Source: Candidatus Zhuqueibacterota bacterium
GTDB taxonomy: Bacteria > Zhuqueibacterota > Zhuqueibacteria > Thermofontimicrobiales > Thermofontimicrobiaceae
Reading direction: 5' to 3'
Assembly: GCA_049322915.1 (NCBI GenBank)
Contig: JBMOPW010000014.1
Coordinates: 408,983 to 472,982 of the forward strand
Length of the DNA: 64,000 nucleotides
Of the stretch, positions 10,653-19,766 are shown in pieces (within the stretch, counting starts at the first letter, position 1; every line of letters starts with the position of its first letter). The notes beneath the pieces were generated by a model. The model was not told the DNA's origin. It did no database searches and saw nothing but the letters and a program-made list of their open reading frames with translations. The position numbers and the translations under genes were made by a program.

Positions 10653-12251
10653 ATGAATGCCTCGCTTATTTTGCTCAATGGAAAATTCTGGACAGTCAAC
10701 GAATCCCGGCCCTGGGCTGAGGCCCTTGTCATGTCAAGGAATGAAATTATCTTTGTCGGCGCTTCGGCTGAAGCGCGGGCGTTTTCAGGCAGGGAAACAA
10801 AGGTCGTGGATCTGCGTGGTAGTTTTGGACTGCCCGGATTCAATGATGCGCATCTTCATTTTGCCGATGGATGCTATTCATTGGTGGGAGTGGATTTGCG
10901 GCCGGCTAAAAATGAGACCGATTTCGTCCAGCGGATCGCTGAATATGCCCGCAAGACGCCAGCCGGCACGTGGATCACCGAGGGCAATTGGGATCATGAA
11001 GTCTGGCCCGGTCAAAAGCATCCGACCCGGGATTGGATCGATGCGGTGACGCCGCAGCACCCTGTATTTGTCAGCCGCATCGATTATCACATTGCGCTGG
11101 CAAACTCGCTGGCGCTGGAACTGGCCGGCATCACAAAGGATACGCCCAATCCGCCGGGCGGTGAAATTGGCCGGGACCCAAACACCGGGGAACTGACCGG
11201 CATTCTCGTCGATAAGGCCTGGGATCTGATCTTCGCGGTGCGGCCGGTGGATGACGCAGCTCAGGCGCTGCCCACGTTCAAAGTCGGGCTGAATTATGCC
11301 GCTGAGCTGGGAATCACCAGCTTTCAGGACAATTGCACGAAACGGGATTTTCAGGCCTATCAGCTTTTGCATAAGCGCGGAGAATTAACCGCGCGAGTGA
11401 ACGCCTGGTTTTCGATCGATATGCTGGATCATTTCGAGCAAATTGGTTTTTTCGAAGATTTTGGGAATGACATGCTGCGCGTAGGGGTCATGAAAATTTA
11501 TGTGGATGGTTCCATGGGCGCGGGCAGCGCGTATTTTTACGAGCCATACACGGACAACCCCGCCACCTGCGGTTTGCTTCTCAATGACGAAGGCCAGTTG
11601 AATGAACTCGTCCTTCGCGCGGATGCCGCCGGTTTGCAGATCGCGGCGCATGCCATTGGCGACAGAGCCAACGAGATGATCCTCAATGCGTTTGAATTGG
11701 CCTTTGCCAACAACAAACCTCGCCAACGTCGTCATCGGGTGGAACACGCGCAGGTGGTCACTGACAGCGATATGGCGCGGTTCCGGGATTTGGGGATTAT
11801 CGCCTCCATCCAGCCGTCGCATTGTATCGACGACATGCACTGGGTCGAAAAGAGAATCGGCTCCGCGCGCAGCAATATCGCCTATCGCTCCGGTTCGTTT
11901 TTAGGGCATGGCATTCCATTGGCCTTTGGCACGGACTGGCCTGTGGAGTCGCTCGATCCTAAAATCGGACTGTACGCGGCTGTCACGCGGGAGGACATTC
12001 ATGGTGGGCCGGCTGGCGGCTGGCGGTCGGAGGAGAAAATGTCGCTGGACCAGGCCATTAAAAGCTATACTCTGGCGCCGGCGTTCGCTGAATTCTCCGA
12101 AGGGAAAAAGGGATCGATCGAGGTTGGCAAATTGGCAGATTTAGTGATTCTGGATAAAAATTTATTCGACATTCGGCCTGAAAAAATTTTGAGCGTCCGG
12201 GTGCTTTACACTGTCATGGACGGGAAAATCGTTTACCAGAGGGAGTCATAA
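10653..12251 (+). CDS. Amidohydrolase 3 family (YtcJ-like)
   Basis: PGFNDAHLH, KIYVDGSMG, AHAIGD, RVEHAQ, FGTDWP, GSIEVGKLADLV; start moved from the ORF-track 10542. Confidence 0.92.
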   Translation: MNASLILLNGKFWTVNESRPWAEALVMSRNEIIFVGASAEARAFSGRETKVVDLRGSFGLPGFNDAHLHFADGCYSLVGVDLRPAKNETDFVQRIAEYARKTPAGTWITEGNWDHEVWPGQKHPTRDWIDAVTPQHPVFVSRIDYHIALANSLALELAGITKDTPNPPGGEIGRDPNTGELTGILVDKAWDLIFAVRPVDDAAQALPTFKVGLNYAAELGITSFQDNCTKRDFQAYQLLHKRGELTARVNAWFSIDMLDHFEQIGFFEDFGNDMLRVGVMKIYVDGSMGAGSAYFYEPYTDNPATCGLLLNDEGQLNELVLRADAAGLQIAAHAIGDRANEMILNAFELAFANNKPRQRRHRVEHAQVVTDSDMARFRDLGIIASIQPSHCIDDMHWVEKRIGSARSNIAYRSGSFLGHGIPLAFGTDWPVESLDPKIGLYAAVTREDIHGGPAGGWRSEEKMSLDQAIKSYTLAPAFAEFSEGKKGSIEVGKLADLVILDKNLFDIRPEKILSVRVLYTVMDGKIVYQRES

Positions 12252-12253
12252 CC

Positions 12254-13321
12254 ATGTCCGATTTTGGTCGCGAAGAATTTGATCGCTACTCGCGGCAGAC
12301 GAATTTCGTCGGCCTGGGTCGTTCCGAACAGGAATTATTGGCGAAAAGCCGCGTGTTGATTCTGGGCTGCGGCGGCCTTGGCTCAGCTTCGGCGTCGCTA
12401 TTGGCGCGCGCCGGGGTGGGCTATCTTCGATTGGCTGACCGCGATTTCATGGAATTGAGCAATCTGCAGCGTCAAATTTTATACGATGAACACGATGTCA
12501 AAGAAGGGCTGCCCAAAGTGATCGCTGCTCAGCGGAAGTTGCGCGAAATTAACGCCAATACAAGAGTCGAACCCGTGATCGCGGATGTGAATCGCACGAA
12601 TATCGAGTCGCTCATTGAGGGTGTTCATCTGGTGATAGATGGTTCGGATAATTTTGAAACGCGCTATCTTTTGAATGAGGCCTGCGTCAAACACAATGTA
12701 CCCTGGATTTATGGTGCAGCCGTTGAGTCGTACGGCATGTGCATGAATATCATCCCTCGGAAAACCGCCTGCCTCCATTGCGTCATGGAACACGTGCCCC
12801 GGCCAAATGCGACTCCAGCCAGCGAGACAGAGGGAGTTCTGGGGCCGATTGTCACCATGATCGCTTCGATTCAATCGGCGGAAGCGATGAAGATACTGAC
12901 CCATAAAATGGATGCATTGAATAAAGCAATCATCGTCATCGATCTGTGGCAGAACAGCTATCAGGCCATCGATATCGCCGCCCTCCGTGAGACGGTGAAT
13001 TGCCCTGTTTGCAGTCAGAGCAAATTTGAATATTTATCCGGTCGATTTGGAAATTTGTACACCAGAGTGGTCGGTCAAAACGCGGTGCAGATTATCCCGT
13101 TTGAAACCCAGAAATTGGATTTGCCCCGGCTGGCCATTGAGTTGGCGTCGCAGGGGAGTGTCAAAGTGAATGAGTACGTTGTCCGCATTGAAATTGACCG
13201 ATGTGAACTGTCGATTTTTCAGGATGGCCGAACTGTCGTCAGCGGGACCGCGGATACGGGCATTGCCCGGAATTATTACACAAAATACGTGAAGCAGTGT
13301 GTGGATTCCCATCAGCAATAA
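12254..13321 (+). CDS. ThiF/MoeB-family adenylyltransferase
   Basis: RYSRQ, GCGGLG, DRD..ELSNLQRQ, DGSDNF, CxxC pairs (CLHC, CPVC), C-terminal extension. Confidence 0.88.
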   Translation: MSDFGREEFDRYSRQTNFVGLGRSEQELLAKSRVLILGCGGLGSASASLLARAGVGYLRLADRDFMELSNLQRQILYDEHDVKEGLPKVIAAQRKLREINANTRVEPVIADVNRTNIESLIEGVHLVIDGSDNFETRYLLNEACVKHNVPWIYGAAVESYGMCMNIIPRKTACLHCVMEHVPRPNATPASETEGVLGPIVTMIASIQSAEAMKILTHKMDALNKAIIVIDLWQNSYQAIDIAALRETVNCPVCSQSKFEYLSGRFGNLYTRVVGQNAVQIIPFETQKLDLPRLAIELASQGSVKVNEYVVRIEIDRCELSIFQDGRTVVSGTADTGIARNYYTKYVKQCVDSHQQ

Positions 13322-13354
13322 AAAAGCAGAATCCTGATTCAGGTTCTGCTTTTT
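13321..13354. terminator. Bidirectional intrinsic terminator
   Basis: aaaaagcagaa-tcctgattcagg-ttctgcttttt hairpin with A- and T-tracts directly after the moeB-like stop. Confidence 0.8.
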
Positions 13355-13424
13355 GTATAAAAATTGGTTAGCCTGTAACCGCTTTCGGCAATAAAATCCA
13401 GCGAAATTAACTTCCTAATAAGAC

Positions 13425-13773
13425 ATAGAACACGGATGACACAGATGACGCGGATTCGCACGGATTTCTTTTGATTCAATAAGCAAAAAGATTTATAAAA
13501 ATCAATTCATTGTATCAAAATTTATGGCGAACTTAAATGACCAAATCTCAATGGATTCCATAAGTTTTTTATCTGCGTTCATCTGTGTCATCCGCGTAAT
13601 CCGCGTTCTATTTCTTTTTTGGAGGCTCAGTTCGCCAGTATTTTATAGAACACAGATGTCACAGATGACGCGGTTTCGCACGGATTTCTTTTTAGTCAAA
13701 TCTCAATGGATCCTAAAAGTTTTTATCTGCGTTCATCTGTGTCATCCGCGTAATCCGCGTTCTATTTCTTTTT
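13425..13773. repeat. Tandem pair of palindromic repeat units built from ~9-nt subrepeats
   Basis: Left arms atagaacac(g/a)gatg(a/t)cacagatgacgcgg(a/t)ttcgcacggatttcttt at 13425 and 13645; identical right arms atctgcgttcatctgtgtcatccgcgtaatccgcgttctat at 13571 and 13725; shared caaatctcaatggat in both spacers. Confidence 0.85.
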
Positions 13774-13933
13774 GACTCTGGCTTGTCCAGGTTTATTTCC
13801 CATCAATGAAAATTGCCGGTAACTTTATAGCCTGTCAGGAATCCCTGCCATGCTGCCCGGTTTTGCCCTCCATGAACTTGAGAAATCAACACCCTGCTAA
13901 TTTCAATTGAATTAAAATCAGGTATCAAGTGAA

Positions 13934-14170
13934 TTAATTTTCAACCTGCGGTTGCTTCTTGCCCCGAGCTTTTTCGATAATGCGATTCAGCTCCGCCACT
14001 ATTTCATCGATATTCTCAAATCCCATCAATCGCGCTTGCAACTCAAGCGTTCCCCATGCGGGTCGCCCGCCTCAGGAGAAGCAGTATAAACCCAGATGAT
14101 GCAACGGATCAATCAACTCCGGATATTGATAGACTATTTCTGAAAAACTCGTCTGCTTGTTGATGTACAT
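13934..14170 (-). CDS. DUF1858-like small redox protein with CxxU motif, probable selenoprotein (78 aa, in-frame UGA at 14072-14074)
   Basis: Manual translation MYINKQTSFSEIVYQYPELIDPLHHLGLYCFS*GGRPAWGTLELQARLMGFENIDEIVAELNRIIEKARGKKQPQVEN; AGGAG RBS; family-like similarity continues past the UGA; GC-rich hairpin immediately 3-prime of the UGA. Confidence 0.8.
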
Positions 14171-14252
14171 CGTTCTGCTCCTGTCAGATCATATTTCAAG
14201 ATTTCGTTGATTAACCTATTCGATGGTGGAGCAGTGAAAAGGATTCAGGAAA

Positions 14253-15419
14253 TTATTTTTTCCCCCATTTTTTAAGAAGCGCCTGAGTGTCGCTGAAAAA
14301 TTGACTCTCCGCAGTGATGGCTGCCAGTTGGTTGGCCGCCAGTTCCCGCTGTCCGTTTAGTCCGTAAGCCAGCCCAAGATAATACACCACCCGATCCAAT
14401 CCGTTCAGACGGTATTTCGAGTTCACCGCATCTGCCTGTTGCAGTGAGGAAATTGCCTCCTGCAAATGTTTGGCTCTGACTTTTTTCTTTGTCTCTTTTT
14501 TCGAGTAAAGCGCTAAATGAGATAGCCCATTGTAAAAGTACAGATCCCGAAAATAGGGCGTGAACTCCGGCGCCACCTTCTTTGTCTCGAGGTCGGCCAT
14601 AGTAGCCTCGAGATTCTCGAAAATGTAAATGGCGGACTCGTATTCCTGAATTGTATAATAACCGACGCCGTTTTTGAAATCACGGATGAATGCGAACAGC
14701 AGGGGATCCCTGGTCGCTTCTATATCCTGGTCCACACCCCGAAATGTGCTGGAGTCGTATTCGTAGGGAATCCGTGTTTCAGAAAGAAACCGGGAGTAAT
14801 CATTCCTTTGAAAGAGTGAATCGTAGCTCAAAAGGAACAGAATGACCGCCGTGGAAACAGCGGAAATTAGCAGTGCGAAACGCGGCGATAGACGTGGAAT
14901 TTTCAGACTGTCCCGGAGGGACTCGAAACGATGTCTCCAACTCTCGGCTGGTCGGAGGGCATTGGTCATCGCTTCCGGTCCTGCCTGTTCCCGCGCATTC
15001 AGAATGTCGCGGAGAATGGCTTCGTTGTCCTTCAACTCAACGTGGGCCAGGTCGGCATCCGGTTCAGGGGATAGCTCCGGCAGGGCGCGCTGCAATTGAT
15101 CGAGAACGCGCTTGTAAAATAGCGGCGAATGAATAAGCCCGTGTCGGAATTGGCGCGCATCGCCTGCACTGAAATTGCCTGTGAACAGCCGCTCCAGCAA
15201 TTGTTCAACCTGACTGAACGACGCATCGGGCAAATTGGTCCGCGCTGGCTGCGCTTCGGCGTCCGCCGGCGGACTTGCATTTTCAATCAATTCAAAAAGC
15301 AATTGGTACAGCGGATTTCCCTCGCGAATTTTCCTGATGCTCTCCTGCGCGGAAAAATCGCTGTCGCCGTTCAAAAAAGCAGCTATCTCATGATGGAGTA
15401 TATCGCGTCGATTTTTCAT
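14253..15419 (-). CDS. Membrane-anchored anti-sigma-like protein with extracytoplasmic TPR-like domain
   Basis: Central TM (FALLISAVSTAVILFLL), FRG motif after TM, TPR-like YFYNGLSHL and YYLGLAYGL; ATGA overlap with upstream gene. Confidence 0.6.
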   Translation of the reverse strand: MKNRRDILHHEIAAFLNGDSDFSAQESIRKIREGNPLYQLLFELIENASPPADAEAQPARTNLPDASFSQVEQLLERLFTGNFSAGDARQFRHGLIHSPLFYKRVLDQLQRALPELSPEPDADLAHVELKDNEAILRDILNAREQAGPEAMTNALRPAESWRHRFESLRDSLKIPRLSPRFALLISAVSTAVILFLLSYDSLFQRNDYSRFLSETRIPYEYDSSTFRGVDQDIEATRDPLLFAFIRDFKNGVGYYTIQEYESAIYIFENLEATMADLETKKVAPEFTPYFRDLYFYNGLSHLALYSKKETKKKVRAKHLQEAISSLQQADAVNSKYRLNGLDRVVYYLGLAYGLNGQRELAANQLAAITAESQFFSDTQALLKKWGKK

Positions 15420-15823
15420 TTTGCTTTCATGTCCACGAGTTCTTTTTGTTTATAATAGTAATTTCTCATTACCTGGCTGAAGTCCTCAAAGCATCGATAG
15501 CAGGTATTGAGATGGCTGAAGATGCGTTCGCAATTGCCCTGCGCATTTTTTTTCGGAGAACCAAAGGCGAGAAATTCCAGATAGAAATCGATATGGCCGC
15601 CGAGAAAATTGGTCTCCCCGTTGCACATGGTGTCCGGTATTTCAGCAAATATATCGGCTGCATAGTCCCGCTGCTGAAGTTCGAGCATGCGATTTCGCAC
15701 CTGGGCCAATCCATCCGCTTCATGATCGGCCAGAATCGAAGGATGATTCGGCGCTCCGTTCGTTCGCTCATATTCCAGGTAAGCTAAAATTTGTCCAAGT
15801 ATTCGGTTTGAAATCATGTCCAT
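15416..15823 (-). CDS. Small protein with zinc anti-sigma (HxxxCxxC) motif
   Basis: HLNTCYRC near the C-terminus; directly downstream of a sigma-like gene. Confidence 0.6.
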   Translation of the reverse strand: MDMISNRILGQILAYLEYERTNGAPNHPSILADHEADGLAQVRNRMLELQQRDYAADIFAEIPDTMCNGETNFLGGHIDFYLEFLAFGSPKKNAQGNCERIFSHLNTCYRCFEDFSQVMRNYYYKQKELVDMKAK

Positions 15824-15920
15824 TCTGTCGGGTTATTTCCGGAATTTAGGTTGTGTCACGTTGAACGAACCGTCCCCCTTCATTTATAGAGACGGATTTC
15901 TGATAAATTCTCTCGACACC

Positions 15921-16562
15921 TTACTCCTTTTGCCCTGGAACATTGAGTTGCTGCCGGATCCGGTTGACGACAACATCGACAGCGTGCGGCTCCATGCTTT
16001 TCAAACAGGGATGATTCTTTTGCATGGGCGCTGAAAAATCGGCCCAGACATAGAGGAGAAAGACGTGAACATCCCGTTCGAGGTTGCGCTTTTTCGCGCC
16101 CGATGCGCTGCGCAGCCTGGCGACGATGGCTTCGTAAAGCTCCCAGCGCGTGTCAAAATCCAGGTCAATGAGATATTCAATGAACGTATCGATTTCCGTC
16201 TCCGAGAGGACCCGGGTAAAATGGCTTTGAATGAAACGACCGGTGGACCGGCTGCAAATAGTCGCCAGCCAGGATAAAAACATCTTTTCATTATCCCGCG
16301 CGCGGAAATCCTTCAGTGCTTTGCATGCATTGTTGCACAACACCATGATCACTTCAGAAAAAATATCGTTGACCGTCTCGGAATACTGGATATTCAATCG
16401 GGGCACATTCCATTTCCTGCAACTGCGCGCCACGTGATTATAAATGAACAGCTTGTACCGTTCAATGAATTGCCGCCATGCATGTTCATAGTCTGCACTG
16501 TCCGGGTGACTGCAATCATCGATCAACTGCTGAAATGAAAAGGTTGGGTCGTTCTGATTCAT
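15921..16562 (-). CDS. ECF-type sigma-70 factor (divergent)
   Basis: AWRQFIERY, DIFSEV, FLSWLATI (region 2); ERDVHVFLL...VDVVVNRIRQQL (region 4-like). Confidence 0.7.
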   Translation of the reverse strand: MNQNDPTFSFQQLIDDCSHPDSADYEHAWRQFIERYKLFIYNHVARSCRKWNVPRLNIQYSETVNDIFSEVIMVLCNNACKALKDFRARDNEKMFLSWLATICSRSTGRFIQSHFTRVLSETEIDTFIEYLIDLDFDTRWELYEAIVARLRSASGAKKRNLERDVHVFLLYVWADFSAPMQKNHPCLKSMEPHAVDVVVNRIRQQLNVPGQKE

Positions 16563-17120
16563 CGAAGTGGGTATCTGATTTTATAATCTTTCATAGACTC
16601 AAGAGAGAGTTCAATGGTATTCTTAAGAGTTTGCCTGTTGATAAAACAGCGCCGGCGGCTCGGAAATCAATTGGATGAGTTGTCACTGTACCGAACGCAC
16701 TGAAATGCCCGCGCGCCTATTTTGATTGATCCGAGATCAGCATTCCGGCAGCAGACGTTGTGGCTTTTCAAGGATGAAATGGCTGTTTGAGTAGTGCGAA
16801 CGCCGAAGTTGTGAAGAAAAAACAAAAAAACTGCCTCATCATGTCCGTTAGAATATTTCAAAAAGTTAAGCAGCTAATAGATTGATTTTTAACCTCGGAA
16901 TAAAATTTTGAAATGAATCTATTAAATATTCCATAAAAAAGCAAGAAATTTTTGATACAATGACGTTGTGATGAGAGAATATCGGGCCAACCTCGCTCTA
17001 TAACATTAGGCGAAAGTTACAGCCCTATGCTGAAATCCCGACTCAGCCAGGCTGGGAATTGAATGGGGCAGAATTATGTTCGATATTTCAGGGAAACGCC
17101 GGATAGAGAATGAGTCGACT

Positions 17121-17900
17121 ATGAATAAAATGAGCCTGCAGGTGATACTGTTCGTCGCAGTTCACGGATTCGTTTTGATGAACTGTCAGCCATATTATCC
17201 TGCAATACCAGATACAGATAGTCCCGGCAAAGTCGGACCGGCGCGTGCGTCGATCAAGCTACCGGTCGCCCAGAAGGCGTCGCCGGTGAAATCTGCCACA
17301 AAAAACGTACAGCCGGAGTACCAGATCGAAGTCGGCGATGTCATCGAAGTGAAATTTTTTTATCAGGATGATCTCAATGAAATTGTCACGGTTCGGCCGG
17401 ATGGGCGAATTACGCTGCAGCGCATCGGCGCGATTTACGCGTTGGGAATGACGCCGTCGCGGTTGCAGGAAATTGTGACGATCAAATACGCTGAGATCAT
17501 CAAGGAGCCGGAGGTGACCGTTTTCATTCGGAAATTCAGCGACTTACGAGTCTACGTCATGGGGGAAGTCAAGAATCCCGGCGGATTGATCTGGCAACCG
17601 AATCAGACCATTGCGCGAGCAGTGGCCGAGGCTGGTGGATTCAGCAAGGACGCCAAATATTCGAGCATCCTGTTACTGAGATTGGACCGCGACCATCTCC
17701 AGGCCATTCGGATCAATCTGAAGGAATTGCTCCGGGGAGGTAATCTGTCGCGCGATATCCGGCTGAAACCCAATGACGTCATTTTCGTCCCGTCCCGATT
17801 CATCACTCATGTGAAAGAGTTCGTGACGAATTTTTACGACGTCATTCTCCCGCCTCTGGATATGTATTATCGGGCAACGGTTCTTGACAGGATTTATTGA
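17121..17900 (+). CDS. Polysaccharide export lipoprotein (Wza/OPX family)
   Basis: Lipobox-like LMNC; YQIEVGDVIEV, VRPDGRITL, VYVMGEVKNPG, SLBB domain; alternative start 17076. Confidence 0.9.
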   Translation: MNKMSLQVILFVAVHGFVLMNCQPYYPAIPDTDSPGKVGPARASIKLPVAQKASPVKSATKNVQPEYQIEVGDVIEVKFFYQDDLNEIVTVRPDGRITLQRIGAIYALGMTPSRLQEIVTIKYAEIIKEPEVTVFIRKFSDLRVYVMGEVKNPGGLIWQPNQTIARAVAEAGGFSKDAKYSSILLLRLDRDHLQAIRINLKELLRGGNLSRDIRLKPNDVIFVPSRFITHVKEFVTNFYDVILPPLDMYYRATVLDRIY

Positions 17901-17909
17901 GGTGCAGGA

Positions 17910-18641
17910 ATGATTGATTTGCCGGAAAATGACAGGCGTTTTGTGAATGAGTTGCCGAGTCGGATGGAGCAGTTTCTGTCGCGGGCTGAGCAGTGGTCAG
18001 ACGCCAAAGACAGCCAGCGGCGATTGAAGCGAATATTGGATCTCTGCCTGGCCAGTCTGTTCATCGTGCTGCTGCTGCCGTTATTTCTGCTCATTGGCAT
18101 GTGCATCAAAGCCACGTCCCGCGGACCGATTTTGTTTCAGCAAACCCGGATTGGATTCCACGGTCGTAAGTTCACGATACTGAAATTTCGTACGATGCGC
18201 GCATCCACCCCGGGCAGCGATCATGAGCAACTCATCAGAAAATTGTTAGCCCCGGATAGTGGCGCGTCGCAGGACAGTGTGCAGGGATACAAAAAACAGA
18301 TTGACTCCCATGTCACCCAAATTGGTAAGTTACTGCGCAGAACAAGCCTGGATGAATTGCCGCAGCTTATCAATGTGCTCCGAGGCGATCTGAGTCTGGT
18401 AGGTCCGCGCCCGCATCCGGTGTATGAAGTGGAAAATTACAAAGACTGGTACCACGAGCGATTTCAGGTGATGCCGGGAATGACCGGATTGTCAAAACTG
18501 AAATTGCGTTGCACGCCGCAGAACTACGATGAGTCCATGCGTTTGGATCTGGAATATATTCGTACCTGGTCCATTGGCCTGGATGTAAAAATTTTGTTGC
18601 AGACAATTCTGCTGGTGCTGCGAATGAGTAGTGCGTATTAG
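17910..18641 (+). CDS. Initiating polyprenyl-phosphate phosphoglycosyltransferase (bacterial sugar transferase)
   Basis: KRILDL, KFRTM, RRTSLDELPQL, SLVGPRP, PGMTG. Confidence 0.93.
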   Translation: MIDLPENDRRFVNELPSRMEQFLSRAEQWSDAKDSQRRLKRILDLCLASLFIVLLLPLFLLIGMCIKATSRGPILFQQTRIGFHGRKFTILKFRTMRASTPGSDHEQLIRKLLAPDSGASQDSVQGYKKQIDSHVTQIGKLLRRTSLDELPQLINVLRGDLSLVGPRPHPVYEVENYKDWYHERFQVMPGMTGLSKLKLRCTPQNYDESMRLDLEYIRTWSIGLDVKILLQTILLVLRMSSAY

Positions 18642-18673
18642 TCAGTCAATTCATATAGTTCAGGAGATTTCAC

Positions 18674-19672
18674 ATGTATTTTCGAGGAAAGAAAGTTCTG
18701 GTGACCGGGGGCGCCGGATTTATCGGCTCCAATCTGGTGGACCGACTTGTTGAAGAAAATGCAGAGGTAATGGTCTTGGATGACCTGTTCACAGGAAGAG
18801 TCGAGAACATCAAATATTTTCGAAACATCTCCTTTATTCATGGTTCGGTGACCAATGAAAGTCTGGTGTATCACCTCGTCAAGCAGGCAGACATTGTATT
18901 CAATCTCGCGGTGCGGAATATCATCGTCTCGCCGAAGCAGCCGGGCGAAGATTTTGCAGTCAATGCCATGGGGACTTTTCACATTTTGAATGCGGCGCTG
19001 AAGAGCCACGTGGAGCGTGTGGTGTACACATCATCCGCGTCCGTGTATGGAAATGCCCGGCATCTGCCGGTCTGCGAGGACGATATGCCCTCAATTTTAA
19101 CGCCGTACGCTGCCAGCAAAATGTCCGGGGAAAATTATTGCTCGGCTTACTACGAAATGTACAACCTGCCGGTCACGGTGCTGAGGTACTCGAATGCGTT
19201 TGGAATAAACCAGTCGCCGAGCAATCCCTATTGCGGCGTCGTTTCGAAATTTTTCAATGCGCTGATGAATAACCAGCCGTTGCGGATTTTTGGCGATGGC
19301 GTACAGACCCGGGACTTCACGTTTGTCGGCGACATTGTCGATGCAACACTGCTGGCGGCGCAATCGCCAAAGGCCATCGGTGAGGTGTTCAATGTAGCGA
19401 CCGGGATCGAAACCAGCATCCAGCAACTGGCCAGCCTGATTATGCGGGTGGTGCGAGAATTCCCTGAACCGGAGCATACTGAGAAGCGGGACATTGATAC
19501 CATTCGCCGGCGTGTTTTGAACGTGGAGAAAATCCGGCAGAAGTTACACTGGAGTCCGGCCACGTCCCTGTTCGAAGGATTGAAAAAAACCTATGACTGG
19601 CTGTGCGAAATCCGCGACATCACCCAGGAAAATGTGGTGTTCAAAGATACGGTGAATAAACGGATTCAATGA
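18674..19672 (+). CDS. NAD-dependent nucleotide-sugar epimerase/dehydratase
   Basis: TGGAGFIGS, SSASVYG, YAASK, GDGVQTRDF. Confidence 0.93.
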   Translation: MYFRGKKVLVTGGAGFIGSNLVDRLVEENAEVMVLDDLFTGRVENIKYFRNISFIHGSVTNESLVYHLVKQADIVFNLAVRNIIVSPKQPGEDFAVNAMGTFHILNAALKSHVERVVYTSSASVYGNARHLPVCEDDMPSILTPYAASKMSGENYCSAYYEMYNLPVTVLRYSNAFGINQSPSNPYCGVVSKFFNALMNNQPLRIFGDGVQTRDFTFVGDIVDATLLAAQSPKAIGEVFNVATGIETSIQQLASLIMRVVREFPEPEHTEKRDIDTIRRRVLNVEKIRQKLHWSPATSLFEGLKKTYDWLCEIRDITQENVVFKDTVNKRIQ

Positions 19673-19766
19673 TCGTAATGCGCTGCCACCTCGGACTTAG
19701 CGCGACCGAACCCAAATTCAGTGAGCGGCAATTTGAACTGAAAGAAATGAAACACATGAGGATACC

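Noticed and set aside
13425..13773. CRISPR array
   Set aside because: Arms alternate in orientation, spacers share sequence and differ greatly in length, only two units, no cas genes.
13524..13775. 83-aa ORF with repeated ICVI/RVIRV
   Set aside because: Translation of the palindromic repeat; no evidence for a real protein.
16980..17075. c-di-GMP riboswitch or ops/JUMPstart element before the EPS operon
   Set aside because: No match to the consensus motifs that I could verify by eye.
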